From an uncultured virus (IMG/VR IMGVR_UViG_3300020234_000071) (lineage: Duplodnaviria; Heunggongvirae; Uroviricota; Caudoviricetes), in the IMG/VR virus record IMGVR_UViG_3300020234_000071: DNA of 64,000 nt; one strand, given 5' to 3'. Made by a program: the position numbers and the translations under genes. The notes beneath the pieces are model-generated. The model searched no databases and was not told where the DNA came from. It was given only the letters and a program-made list of their open reading frames with translations. Of the stretch, positions 49,065 to 59,482 are shown piece after piece. Each line of letters starts with the position of its first letter. Positions within the stretch are counted from its first letter, which is position 1.

Positions 49065-51345
49065 AAGTGGTGGCATAATAGGGTACAGGTACTATCTTGG
49101 TTTACACATGGTTATCTGTTATGGCCCTGTGGATGAAATTCACCAAATTCGTGTGGGTGATCGACTGGCGTATGATGCGGGTGGTGATGACCCCACATTA
49201 ACTTCATCACAAGTTATCAATATCAATAAGCCTGACTTGTTCGGTGGAGTGGATAGGGAAGGTGGAGTGGGTGGAGTTGCACAAGGAGGTAAGGTTAGCA
49301 CTAGTGGTCTCTTTGCTGAACTTATAAATCAAATCGCTATTGGTGGAACAGTCGAAGTTGCCTTTGGGGAAAGCACACAGATAGCAAGTACATATCTTGA
49401 GTCTAGGCTTACTGGTAATGTACCTGCCTATAGGGGTGTACTAGGTTTCATTTTTAATGCGTTTTATATTGGGAACAATCCGTATATAAAAAATTGGGAA
49501 TTTGAGGTATCGAGATACCCCGATCTTGCATTGAATCCTGCTACCAAAAAAATAGGTACAGATGCAAATCCTGCCAATATGTTGCTTGATTTGTTGACTA
49601 ATGTTGATTGGGGTATGGGTTATCTCACTGCGGATATTGACTTAACAAGTTTCACTGATGCTGCGATTACTTTGCATGGTGAGGACTTCGGCTTGTCGAT
49701 GATATGGACAGCCTCAGATACTATTGAGAATTTTGTAAGTAGCATCTTGGAGCACATCAATGGTTCGTTATACATAGACTTAGCTTCTGGTAAGTTTGTA
49801 TTGCGATTGATTCGTGATGATTACGTTCCTGCATCATTGCAATTATTTGATGAAAGTAATGTAGTAGATTTGCAGAGCTTTTCACGGAGAGGGTGGGGGG
49901 AAACCGTTAATGAAATAACAGTTGTGTATCACGATGGGGAGACCAATAAAGATGTGCCTATCACTGTTCAGGATATGGCAAATATTCAGATTCAGGGAAC
50001 CACAATTAATACGACAAGACAGTACCCCGGCGTTTCAAATGCAGACCAAGCTATGTTTCTAGCGTTGCGGGATTTAAGAACACTGTCTACGCCATTGGCT
50101 AAAGTTAAATTCAAGGTGAATAGGGATGCATGGGATATAGCCCCCGGTGATGTGTTCAGATTGTCTTGGGTTGCTTTCGGTATTGTTGATGTGGTGTTCA
50201 GGGTCGGTGCTGTGAATTACGGTAATTTGAAAGATGGGCATATCATAATTGATGCCATAGAAGATGTTTTTGGATTGCCTTCTTCAAGTTATGCGAAGCC
50301 TCAGTTAAGTGGGTGGGTTGAACCTAGTGGCCCACCGCAAGATGCGCCTTTTCAGTTCGTTGAAGATGCTACGTTCTACGATATTATTCAGCAGATCGGT
50401 GAAGATGATGCTGCCAATGTAGCGATTGATCAGGCATTCATAAAAGCCTATGCATCAAAGCCAACTTCAGATCATTATAGTTTTCAGTTGCACATTTCGC
50501 CTGATGAAACTTTAGCCTTGTATGTCCAAGAAGGTTCAGGGGAATTTGCCCCTAGCGCGACACTTGTTGCTGAGATGATAGGCGCGGCACAAACGACTTT
50601 TGTTTATGAAGGTGATCTTGGGGTTGAATTTCTGCCGTTATTGGAGTGGATTCAAATCGAAGATGAGTTAATGGAATTATTCGATCACGATATAGTAAAC
50701 AAAACTATGATTGTAAATCGGGGTTTGGTTGATACTGTTCCTGCTCCCCATGTAATCGGCTCTAGGTTTTTTGGTAATCAAAGCAACAGGGCTTTCAGTG
50801 GGGTTCAATACACTGATGGAGAACAGGTGGACGTTAAGATACTGACTTCTAGTGGGCAAGGTTTGTTGGCTTTACTTGATGCAACCACGAATATCCATGT
50901 TGTAACTAATCGAAAAGATAAACCGTACCCCCCTGCAAATCTTCAGTTGGATAATTTACCTGCTTATGTTCCTGTTGGAATGACATTGGGTGATCTGGAT
51001 ATTACGTGGGAACACAGAGACAGGACACAGCAAACAGCTACCGCACATATTCCGCAAGTATTCGGTGACATAGGCCCTGAAGTTGGAACCACATATACGT
51101 TGAGACTGTATGATGAAACCAATACGCTTGTAAGAACAGAGACTTTGATTGCGGGAACAGTCTTTGTTTGGGTTGATGAAACAGCAGATAGTGGTTTGGT
51201 GGATAGGGTAAATAACAATTTACGACTTGAATTGGAAGCCAACAATAGTGTGACTGGTTTGACAAGTTTTCAAACCCATAATTATGCTTTTAAACGTGCC
51301 GACTACGGCTACAGCTACGGCGAATTTTACGGAGGTTTTGTGTAA
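49054..51345 (+). CDS. Central tail / tip attachment protein
   Basis: GY.Y..G.H...C.GPVD, PAYRG, NPA, LIR.DY, NEITV, PGDV. Confidence 0.85.
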   Translation: MGGKSGGIIGYRYYLGLHMVICYGPVDEIHQIRVGDRLAYDAGGDDPTLTSSQVININKPDLFGGVDREGGVGGVAQGGKVSTSGLFAELINQIAIGGTVEVAFGESTQIASTYLESRLTGNVPAYRGVLGFIFNAFYIGNNPYIKNWEFEVSRYPDLALNPATKKIGTDANPANMLLDLLTNVDWGMGYLTADIDLTSFTDAAITLHGEDFGLSMIWTASDTIENFVSSILEHINGSLYIDLASGKFVLRLIRDDYVPASLQLFDESNVVDLQSFSRRGWGETVNEITVVYHDGETNKDVPITVQDMANIQIQGTTINTTRQYPGVSNADQAMFLALRDLRTLSTPLAKVKFKVNRDAWDIAPGDVFRLSWVAFGIVDVVFRVGAVNYGNLKDGHIIIDAIEDVFGLPSSSYAKPQLSGWVEPSGPPQDAPFQFVEDATFYDIIQQIGEDDAANVAIDQAFIKAYASKPTSDHYSFQLHISPDETLALYVQEGSGEFAPSATLVAEMIGAAQTTFVYEGDLGVEFLPLLEWIQIEDELMELFDHDIVNKTMIVNRGLVDTVPAPHVIGSRFFGNQSNRAFSGVQYTDGEQVDVKILTSSGQGLLALLDATTNIHVVTNRKDKPYPPANLQLDNLPAYVPVGMTLGDLDITWEHRDRTQQTATAHIPQVFGDIGPEVGTTYTLRLYDETNTLVRTETLIAGTVFVWVDETADSGLVDRVNNNLRLELEANNSVTGLTSFQTHNYAFKRADYGYSYGEFYGGFV

Positions 51346-52028
51346 TGGTAACTTTAGTAGGCCCGAATGAGGGTATCAGTTACAACTTTGATTTGGGTAC
51401 ATTCTGGAAAACAGAAAATGATCTGACTCTTAAATTGATAGATGGGATTCTTCATCTTGGAGTCATCGATAAAGATTTGCCCACTCAACCGGGAAGCCCT
51501 ACAAATGGAGACAGGTATATATTACCTGCGGGTGCTACAGGTGCAGCATGGGCAGGACACGATACTGAAATTGCAATCTTTATTAATAACATTTGGGAAT
51601 TCCATGTTCCAAAATTAGCGTGGTTAGCATTCGTTCAGGATGAAGAGCTTGTTTATTTTTGGAATGCTACAGCTTGGATACTCCTTAATACCCCTGCAAG
51701 TATCAGTAATGTGGTTACAGCACTGCCGGGAAGTGGAACCTTGACTATGGATTTAAGTACGGGGGTTCGTAACTTTGCAACCATATTGACGGGGGCTGCT
51801 ACGTTAGCATTTTCAAATGTTCCTGCGGGTGTTCAAACTGAAATCTCTGTGAAGGTAGTTCAGGATGGTGTGGGGGGTCATGTTCTGACTTTACCTGCGG
51901 GTGCAATTTATGCGGGGGGTGTAACTCCTACCCCAAGTGTTGCTTCTAATACTAGAGACCGTTATTTATTTCTTCATGATGAAAATGGAATACTTGAAGG
52001 TAACATAGTGGGTCAATTATATGCCTAG
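51345..52028 (+). CDS. DUF2793-like tail fibre-associated protein
   Basis: P.SP..GDRYI...ATGAWAG....IA.....W.F..P. Confidence 0.75.
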   Translation: MVTLVGPNEGISYNFDLGTFWKTENDLTLKLIDGILHLGVIDKDLPTQPGSPTNGDRYILPAGATGAAWAGHDTEIAIFINNIWEFHVPKLAWLAFVQDEELVYFWNATAWILLNTPASISNVVTALPGSGTLTMDLSTGVRNFATILTGAATLAFSNVPAGVQTEISVKVVQDGVGGHVLTLPAGAIYAGGVTPTPSVASNTRDRYLFLHDENGILEGNIVGQLYA

Positions 52029-53436
52029 AAGATTAACATTAGGTGCAGCGGGGCATAATTTTCTAGACCCCCCACCATTAGACCCGCCCGGCCCTGCAAC
52101 TCGTGCTGCTGTGCTGTCTGGTTTGGTGGGTCTTGATTTTGTTCATCAGTATTTGTTTGAAGGTGGAGACCCTGACTACTTTCTTGATGAAGAAGGGTCT
52201 AGGGATTTGACATCTATTGCAGGGAATCCGACTTTTGGTGGTGCTCAGTTAAGTAAGACTTCGGTGGATTCAATCAATTGCGGGAATACAACTCAATGTC
52301 TTTTTGCATATGATTTTATTGTGCCGCTTACTATATTCGCGTGGGAACTTTGGTATCGACAACCTGATCTGGGACATGATCGATGTGTGCTGACTGGTGC
52401 TCCGCTTAACTCCAATATCAATATGGGCAGAGCAAATAATACGTTCCGTTATCCTATGTTCAGAAATGATTCTAATGGGGCTGTAGGTTGGGAATCAGAA
52501 GTTGATTTGTACGGTGATAATAAAATTCATCAGTTGATTGAAGCCCACGAACCTGCAACGCGCCCGAACTATGTTGTGTACATTGATGGGATGCCTGTTG
52601 CTTCAGGTACGAATGCGGGGGCATTAAATGATGGGTCAAGCGGCTCTCAAGGTGGTTGGTCTAGTGGTCAGAAAGGGCCATCTTTCAATGGTCGTAATGT
52701 TGGCTTAACTAATGCGGAAAGAAGCGGTGCAGATTTTGGGTCATTCCATTTTTATAACGGTGGGGCAGAATTAACACAACTTGCAGTTAGACAATTATAT
52801 GAAGGAACTGCATTATCAGGGCAGGATATGTTGACTAGTCCAAGATGGTTCATACTGGATAGTGTGAACTGTACGGTTAGTGCTGCCCCCGCTAAAGATT
52901 TAACTTGTGGGGATGTGACTGATAATACAGGTGGTCGATCTGGGGCGATTCCTAGAAATGGCAAAGTGTATTTTGAAGTTGAGATTATCGCTGAAGGTGA
53001 TGATACTGCTTCGAATCTACTTGGACTGCGAAGATTGGCAGAGGGTGGGAATGTAGGTTTTACTCCAAGCTTACCAGACTTTGAATATCATACTGATGGT
53101 GCGGGTGATGTGGTGGATGGACAAGGCACTACGCTTGGAATCACGGGAACACTTGGTACTGCTGCCACTGCCAGAATTTTTCAGTTTGCTATTGATTGGG
53201 ACACTGGTGATTGGTGGATGGGAACTGACAATACTGTTTTTGCGGGTGTCGGTGGTGTCGGCAATCCTTCTACTGGTGCTAATCCATTAACTACTTTGGA
53301 CATTCGTTATAATTGGGCAGTCATTGATAGGGTCAACGGTGCAAATGGAAATGGGGTTGTCAGGTTAATAACTGCTGATGCCGATCTGAATTTTGCTAAA
53401 CCCACAAGTTATGTAGCGTGGGAAGATGCAGTTTAA
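52021..53436 (+). CDS. Candidate receptor-binding protein (LamG/ConA-like plus SPRY-like)
   Basis: WELWY, YIDG; GKVYFEV, A.D.DTG..W.G; P..Y.AW. Confidence 0.6.
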   Translation: MPRRLTLGAAGHNFLDPPPLDPPGPATRAAVLSGLVGLDFVHQYLFEGGDPDYFLDEEGSRDLTSIAGNPTFGGAQLSKTSVDSINCGNTTQCLFAYDFIVPLTIFAWELWYRQPDLGHDRCVLTGAPLNSNINMGRANNTFRYPMFRNDSNGAVGWESEVDLYGDNKIHQLIEAHEPATRPNYVVYIDGMPVASGTNAGALNDGSSGSQGGWSSGQKGPSFNGRNVGLTNAERSGADFGSFHFYNGGAELTQLAVRQLYEGTALSGQDMLTSPRWFILDSVNCTVSAAPAKDLTCGDVTDNTGGRSGAIPRNGKVYFEVEIIAEGDDTASNLLGLRRLAEGGNVGFTPSLPDFEYHTDGAGDVVDGQGTTLGITGTLGTAATARIFQFAIDWDTGDWWMGTDNTVFAGVGGVGNPSTGANPLTTLDIRYNWAVIDRVNGANGNGVVRLITADADLNFAKPTSYVAWEDAV

Positions 53437-53696
53437 AATGAGGAAATAATATGCAAGTAATAGATTCAACACTGCAAGGTTGGTTAGACAATGGCGATTT
53501 CTGTCAATGTTGTCAAAGAATGATGCCTGAAGATGAAGCTACAGGTGCGCCTTTGAATGAGAATCAAAAAATAGGTGACGGTTTGGGTAGTCCGGTAAGT
53601 TGTGTAAGGTGTATTGATTTGAGTGTGCCTATTATTGAAGGTTACACTCCAATTTAATAGTAGAAAACGAGATGAGACTTTTAATATTCATGAGGA

Positions 53697-54125
53697 ATGA
53701 AAATGAAGATTTTACTCTTGGCACTTATGCTAATGTTTTCTACCGCTATTTTTGCGAGTGGTGAGCATCATCATCACAACGGCGAAGATGGAAAGGATGG
53801 GGTTGATGGGATTGATGGTATTGATGGGGCTGATGGTATCTCTGGTCTTAATGGTATCAATGGTTTTGATGGTACTGATGGACTCGATTCATCCGATCTT
53901 AATATCGCTATAGCTTCTTCAATTGCTTTATCAAATATTGACTTCAGTTCTTCTACTCAGCAGTGGCAGATTGGAATAGCTGCGGGAACTTATGATGGTG
54001 AGCAAGCTATTGCATTTGGTGCAGGTAAGCTTGTTGCAAAATACGATATGCTTTTTAAGGTTAGTGGGACTGCTGCCAATAGTGAACTTGGTTTAGGTGT
54101 TGGTCTGGTGTGGAAGATTAAGTAA
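53697..54125 (+). CDS. Mini trimeric autotransporter: signal peptide, His4, collagen-like G-X-D/N repeats, YadA-type anchor
   Basis: IASSIAL...IGIAAGTYDGEQAIAFG...FKVSG....GLGVG..W. Confidence 0.75.
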   Translation: MKMKILLLALMLMFSTAIFASGEHHHHNGEDGKDGVDGIDGIDGADGISGLNGINGFDGTDGLDSSDLNIAIASSIALSNIDFSSSTQQWQIGIAAGTYDGEQAIAFGAGKLVAKYDMLFKVSGTAANSELGLGVGLVWKIK

Positions 54126-54712
54126 TGGACGATGACATTACAGAACGGGCTAAAGAACATCATGAAGCCCACATGGAAATCCCAGACCCTACACCTTTTG
54201 AACGTATAATTTCTTGGGTGAAAATTGCCTTTGCTACCAAGAAAGTAATCATGTTGGTGTGGGCTTTCTTTTTCAGTGTGGCAGGGGTTGCAGTCAAAGG
54301 GAACATTGATGAAATTAATCCGTGGAAGGAAGCTGCTATTGGAGTGGGCTTGATTGATGCAGACCCTATAGATGAAAAGCTTAGCCCCCAAGATGTTGCA
54401 AAAGAAGAGGCACTTAATCAGCTTCGGGCAAATATGGTGAATCTGGAAGGCAAGTTAGAAGCTATGCAGGAAGCCTCAGATGCCCCTGTAAGCTACGATC
54501 TACCAGAACACACACATCCACCCCCCGATTTAGCTCATGAGCACACTGAATATGCCCTGAAGACCCACACACACGTATTTGAAGTAAGGGAACATACACA
54601 TCCTGACTCTTCGCGGGTTGTTCTGGCTTCTGAGGTTCAATCTATTCTGGAATCTGAGGTTAAAAGGGTGTTTCAAATAGAACTGAAAGATCATATAAAT
54701 TTGCTTCATTGA
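54125..54712 (+). CDS. Membrane-anchored coiled-coil protein with HxH repeats
   Basis: Hydrophobic helix; EHTH, HEH, HTH motifs. Confidence 0.6.
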   Translation: MDDDITERAKEHHEAHMEIPDPTPFERIISWVKIAFATKKVIMLVWAFFFSVAGVAVKGNIDEINPWKEAAIGVGLIDADPIDEKLSPQDVAKEEALNQLRANMVNLEGKLEAMQEASDAPVSYDLPEHTHPPPDLAHEHTEYALKTHTHVFEVREHTHPDSSRVVLASEVQSILESEVKRVFQIELKDHINLLH

Positions 54713-55031
54713 TTTGACCTTAGTATCAATCGGCTATAGCGCAAAGCGTTAGGAGGTTTTACACTTGAATTTATTAATTTGGTTGGCTGAGATGAGAACT
54801 TTAGTTTTAGAAATCAAAGATATAGCTTTGGCTGCTTACATGAAAATGAGTGGTTGTGAGTTTATAGCTTTTGATGGGTCAAAATTTAAGTTAAAAAACC
54901 CAAGTGAAAAATCGATTGATGATTGGTCTCTTGAATACACTAATTCTTGTTGCTGCTCACATGATAATCAATTACTACAGTTGAGAAATCTGGTGCGTAG
55001 ACACAACAACTATAGTTGAGGGGTTGTAATC

Positions 55032-55400
55032 ATGGCAGCAGGAACACTCGATATAGTTATTGAACAGGGCGCAACATTTCAAAAGAAATTAACGTGGGCA
55101 GATGACATTGATTTTCCTGCTTCGGGAAATCCTATTGACATAACAGGGTACACAGCACGGATGCATTTGAGAGAAGAAAAGGATAGCCCAGACCCACCAA
55201 TTATAGCACTGACTGATAGTAATGGTCGAATAACTATCGGGGGTGCAAACGGAGAAATTGATTTATTTATTGACGATGCCGACACGGAAGCATTAACAAT
55301 TGAATCTGGATTTTATGATCTGGAAGTTGAATCTCCTGCGGGTATTGTGACCCGATTAATTGAAGGCACTTTTCAATTATCTACTGAGGTTACTAGGTGA
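55032..55400 (+). CDS. Beta-sandwich virion protein (BppU-N-like)
   Basis: I.IEQGATF, P.D.TGYTARM..R, YDLE......V.R..EG...S.EVT. Confidence 0.7.
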   Translation: MAAGTLDIVIEQGATFQKKLTWADDIDFPASGNPIDITGYTARMHLREEKDSPDPPIIALTDSNGRITIGGANGEIDLFIDDADTEALTIESGFYDLEVESPAGIVTRLIEGTFQLSTEVTR

Positions 55401-55909
55401 GTGAAAATAGTTGCATCCTTGTTAAAGAAATTGACTGTGACAATGTAGTTCTTGTTGAGGAAATTAAAACTGCTGTCATTGTTCAACCTGATACGGATGT
55501 TGTCATTGTCGCATGTGAGCAAGGGCCAGCAGGACAGGATGGACAGGATGGACAGGATGGACAGGATGGACAGGATGGACAAGATGGTTTTGGTATTCTT
55601 CAGATTGATACTGGGCCTGTTGCCCCGGCTGCAACACAGGTTGCCGATTCGGTAGCTGTTGCAACTTTTCGAAGTGTGAAATGGTTGGTGACTTTAAAGG
55701 ATTCAGTAGGTGGGCTTTTTAAATTCTATGAAGTGATTGCGATACATGATGATACAACTTCAAAGCATTCAGTTTATGGGTTGATTGGCGATACAATTTC
55801 GGTTGTAAATAATGTGGATATACTAGCAGGATTTATCCGATTGAATATCACAAACAATAGTGCTAACACTATTGATATTAGCGTGATGAGAATCACCACA
55901 ACAGTATGA
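55397..55909 (+). CDS. Virion protein with collagen-like (GQD)6
   Basis: 9-bp tandem repeat GGACAGGAT at 55532-55585. Confidence 0.65.
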   Translation: MSENSCILVKEIDCDNVVLVEEIKTAVIVQPDTDVVIVACEQGPAGQDGQDGQDGQDGQDGQDGFGILQIDTGPVAPAATQVADSVAVATFRSVKWLVTLKDSVGGLFKFYEVIAIHDDTTSKHSVYGLIGDTISVVNNVDILAGFIRLNITNNSANTIDISVMRITTTV

Positions 55910-55945
55910 TGAGATGAGACTTTTTAATACACTTGGAGCAATCTG

Positions 55946-57136
55946 ATGACACAAGCATTTTTTGATATTGAAAAAGGTTTGCAACTTGATAGTACCAGTG
56001 TCTATCTAACTGGCTCTGGGGTTCCGGGGGCGAGTGCTGACACTGATGCTGTAGTTGTAGGTTCCCATTATACTGATACTGCTGATGGTGCTGTCTTTGC
56101 CAAAGTAACAGTAGGAGCAGGTACAGACAAATGGAAGAAGTTAGCAACGGAGGATTTTGCAAGTCAACAATCTGGAATTGATTGGAAGGATTCGGCTAGG
56201 TTAGCTACTGATGCCCCATTACCTGCCTATACCCAAGCGGGTGCAGGAGTCGGCGCAACGCTGACAGCAGATGCAAATGGAATATTGACTGTTGATGGTG
56301 TGGCAATGGTTCTTGGTGACGATGTTCTTGTCAAGGATGAAGCGGGTGCGCCGGGTGATTCCGATCATGGTCTGTATGATTTGACCACAGAAGGTACTGC
56401 GGGTGTGCCATTTGTCCTGACTCGTAGAACTGATGCGGATGATGATTCGGATGTTACCGCTTCCCTTCAGGTTGGTATTGAAGAAGGTACGGTAAACGAT
56501 GATACCTATTGGGCGTTGACTACCAACAACCCAATTGTTGTTGATACCACACTTCTGAATTTTGCCAAGATTTCAGATGCGGCTACTCAGGCTGAACTTG
56601 GTTTCATTCGTACCTTCATTGGTAAGTCTGCGGCTGGTGCTGAAACCCCAACGTACAGTTCTACGAATTTTGTAGTTGATACGACCAGCCTTGAAACCGC
56701 AATTGGTGCATTGGACTCCCAGCTTGGTACTACTCAGAGTGATCTGGATACGGCTGAACTGGACATTCTGAAAGGGCGTACTGAAGCAAGTGCAAGCAAT
56801 GTCACAGCCCAAACAGTTATTGATACTGTGTTGGTTGATGATGTATCACTTGTTAAGTGGAGCGTTATGGTAGAAGGAAATCTTCTGGCTGATGCTGCCT
56901 TGAAACGGGCTGTGGAAATATTTGCTACCCATGATGGACACATTAATGGTGCGGGTGCTGATGCAACTGACTCTGATTTCACGGTATATGCCAAGCTGAA
57001 GATGGGCAATATCGTTGGTCTGATATTTACCATTGATGTATCCGGTGCGGGTGTTGCTCAGGTGATGCGCCTTCTGGTTACTTCAACAACTGCGGTTGAT
57101 GTTCGCTCAGTCAGAGAAGTAATTCTTACTGCCTAA
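55946..57136 (+). CDS. Virion fibre / structural protein
   Basis: G.DWK.S.R.AT, D.VLVK......G.Y, LTR.TDAD, V.EGT.N. Confidence 0.65.
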   Translation: MTQAFFDIEKGLQLDSTSVYLTGSGVPGASADTDAVVVGSHYTDTADGAVFAKVTVGAGTDKWKKLATEDFASQQSGIDWKDSARLATDAPLPAYTQAGAGVGATLTADANGILTVDGVAMVLGDDVLVKDEAGAPGDSDHGLYDLTTEGTAGVPFVLTRRTDADDDSDVTASLQVGIEEGTVNDDTYWALTTNNPIVVDTTLLNFAKISDAATQAELGFIRTFIGKSAAGAETPTYSSTNFVVDTTSLETAIGALDSQLGTTQSDLDTAELDILKGRTEASASNVTAQTVIDTVLVDDVSLVKWSVMVEGNLLADAALKRAVEIFATHDGHINGAGADATDSDFTVYAKLKMGNIVGLIFTIDVSGAGVAQVMRLLVTSTTAVDVRSVREVILTA

Positions 57137-57149
57137 GAGGTAGCTTAAC

Positions 57150-58769
57150 GTGTCTGTTGAAAAGGCATTTGAAGTCCCGTCCATTGTCATTAACGACTTG
57201 GGCGGGATTCTTTCGGGTACTGCTGACCCTTCATCCCCCGGCTTAAATGCCCCTATTGGCTCGATATATATGCGGGACAATGGGGGTGTGGGTGAGCACT
57301 GGAAAAAGACTGGTGCTGCTGATACTTCTTGGAATTTACAAGAAGATAGTGGTGGTGCGGGTGGTGGCTTTCAGGGATTTGGTCTGTGGCGTTATCGAAC
57401 CGATATAACTAATAATCCATCAGCAGGAAGATTACAGTTTAATAATGTAACCGTTGATAGTGCAACGGAACTGTATGTAAATGTTACAAATGATGGCGGC
57501 ACGGATATGACCGTGTTCCTGACTCTGCTGATTGAAGATGATTTGATCTTTATTCAAAACCAGTCTGATTCGAGTCAGTTCGTAGTTGTTAGGATTGGTG
57601 GTACGCCAGTTCTCGCCAGTGGTGTGTTTACGTTCCCGATTGGTTCTGTTGAGTCACAAGGCGCGGCTATGGCTAACAATCAAAGTGTTGCTTTGTTGGG
57701 GAGTCATTCTGGTGGAGGGGGTGGGTCAACTGTTGAATTAGACTTTGCTATTGTTGAAAGACTAGCTGCGTTCTCTATACCTGTTTTTCCTCTAACTCTA
57801 GTACCGATGGATAATGTTGATCAGGAAACGAATACCGCAGTTATTGAGGCTGATACTGGTAATAATAATCGGTTGATCTTGCATGAGATTGGAACTTATC
57901 TTGTAGGGTACTCAGCTTCGATTGATAAGCCTGACCCCGCTAGTAATGCAGAGGTAGTTTCTCAGTTACAGTTGAATGGGGTTGTTATAACCGGAACGCA
58001 TAATGAAACCAGTGTCTTTCAGGACACTTCTATTGTAGGTGATCTTCACGAAGATACGATGCATGGAGTTTCGGTTATCAGGACAACATCGGTAGATCAG
58101 TTTATTGAGCTTTTTGTAGCGCACCTTGAAAGTGGCGGGACTCCAAACCCACTCTTAGAAAGCGGGCCAACAGGTGAAGCTACTAGTATGTGGGCAATTC
58201 GCCTCAAGGGAACCAAAGGTACTGATGGTACTGATGGTACTGATGGCGCACAAGGCGTACCGGGTTCAGGTACTACACTTAATATTCAGGATGAAGGCGT
58301 TGCACTTCCCAATAGTCCACACGATGCGGTTAATTTCATAGGTGCGGGAGTTGTTGCCAGTGATGCCGGGGGTGGTGTTGCTGATGTCACAATTCCCGGT
58401 GGTGGTGTTTCAACATTTCAGGCAACTGCTTTGGGTTCAACGACCACGACCAGCGGAACCGATGTCCTTGTTCCCGGTATGTCGTTAATTCCCGGCCCCG
58501 GCGATTTTGTTGTTATGTTTAATACTTCGTGGGAAAACAGTTCTGCTGATGATATGTTCGTGTCGATTTATGTTAATGGTGTTCAGGTGGCGGCTAGTGA
58601 ACGGATAAATGAAATGGAAAGTTCAATAGTTGATGCTGAATTAACTGCTGCGACTCATGCTTTCGTGCAGGGTGTTCTGGCAGGGGAGGTTATTGATATT
58701 AGATTCAGAAATACAGGTGGGACTTTGACTATGCTTAACCGAACTTTGATTTTATTGAAGGTGGCGTAA
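57150..58769 (+). CDS. Virion fibre-like protein with collagen-like GTD repeats
   Basis: APIGSIY.R, GTKGTDGTDGTDGAQG, IQDEG. Confidence 0.65.
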   Translation: MSVEKAFEVPSIVINDLGGILSGTADPSSPGLNAPIGSIYMRDNGGVGEHWKKTGAADTSWNLQEDSGGAGGGFQGFGLWRYRTDITNNPSAGRLQFNNVTVDSATELYVNVTNDGGTDMTVFLTLLIEDDLIFIQNQSDSSQFVVVRIGGTPVLASGVFTFPIGSVESQGAAMANNQSVALLGSHSGGGGGSTVELDFAIVERLAAFSIPVFPLTLVPMDNVDQETNTAVIEADTGNNNRLILHEIGTYLVGYSASIDKPDPASNAEVVSQLQLNGVVITGTHNETSVFQDTSIVGDLHEDTMHGVSVIRTTSVDQFIELFVAHLESGGTPNPLLESGPTGEATSMWAIRLKGTKGTDGTDGTDGAQGVPGSGTTLNIQDEGVALPNSPHDAVNFIGAGVVASDAGGGVADVTIPGGGVSTFQATALGSTTTTSGTDVLVPGMSLIPGPGDFVVMFNTSWENSSADDMFVSIYVNGVQVAASERINEMESSIVDAELTAATHAFVQGVLAGEVIDIRFRNTGGTLTMLNRTLILLKVA

Positions 58770-59206
58770 TGAGTTGGGAACAGATAAACGTACTAGTGCC
58801 TGAGCCTGATTGTGATACGGATGATGGGGTCATAACCGTATGGCGGGACGCTAGACCAGAGCCAACAGCGGCGGCTATTGCGGCGGTGACGCGAACACAG
58901 ATCGAAGATCAAGAACTGTTGACATTTCGTAGACGGGCAAAATCTACGCCGGATATAGAAGACAGTCATGCGGGGGTACAGACTCGGGCATTGATCGACT
59001 TGCTGAATAAGCGAGATAACTTTTTAGTTAATCGGATAATGGAATTGCAGGATGCGATGGCAGCGATGAAAGCATCGACAGGTGGAATTGCGAATTTGCG
59101 AACTGCAATACCGGGTAGCTTCTTGGCAACGGATACTCGATCCCGTGCTGATGCGATTCAGGATTATAAGGACAATATAGACACAGGGAATGCGGATAAA
59201 AACTAG
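58769..59206 (+). CDS. Hypothetical protein (possible fibre chaperone)
   Basis: Follows the fibre gene; W.D.RP.PT pattern. Confidence 0.5.
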   Translation: MSWEQINVLVPEPDCDTDDGVITVWRDARPEPTAAAIAAVTRTQIEDQELLTFRRRAKSTPDIEDSHAGVQTRALIDLLNKRDNFLVNRIMELQDAMAAMKASTGGIANLRTAIPGSFLATDTRSRADAIQDYKDNIDTGNADKN

Positions 59207-59469
59207 TGGAAGTAAATTTTCAAACGCTATTCAATATCGCATTGGCATTAGTTAGTTTTGGTTTGGGGTTTATTGTGAACAGATTATTTCAAAGTCTTGA
59301 TGCCTTGCGCGAACAAGACAACAAATTAACCGCTGAGATTACTGCGATTAGGATTGCCCTGCCTACCAACTATGTGACTAAACCAGATATGGAAGGATTC
59401 GTAAATGCGATATTTAAAAAGTTGGATGTCATATCTGAAAAGCTTGACGGGAAAGCTGACAAAACATAG
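59206..59469 (+). CDS. Membrane/coiled-coil lysis-associated protein (holin-like)
   Basis: N-terminal TM, LP..YV.K.D, KLD.KADK; precedes the endolysin. Confidence 0.6.
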   Translation: MEVNFQTLFNIALALVSFGLGFIVNRLFQSLDALREQDNKLTAEITAIRIALPTNYVTKPDMEGFVNAIFKKLDVISEKLDGKADKT

Positions 59470-59482
59470 AGAGAGATGAGAA

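Noticed and set aside
55373..55655. ORFs with SIL or RMD repeats
   Set aside because: Alternative-frame readings of the GGACAGGAT collagen repeat
24674..57033. Numerous minus-strand ORFs inside the polymerase, portal, capsid, tape measure and tail genes
   Set aside because: Antisense shadows of long plus-strand genes with no motifs or expression signals
49054..58769. Diversity-generating retroelement or invertible tail-fibre cassette
   Set aside because: No reverse transcriptase, invertase, template/variable repeat pair or flanking inverted sites seen
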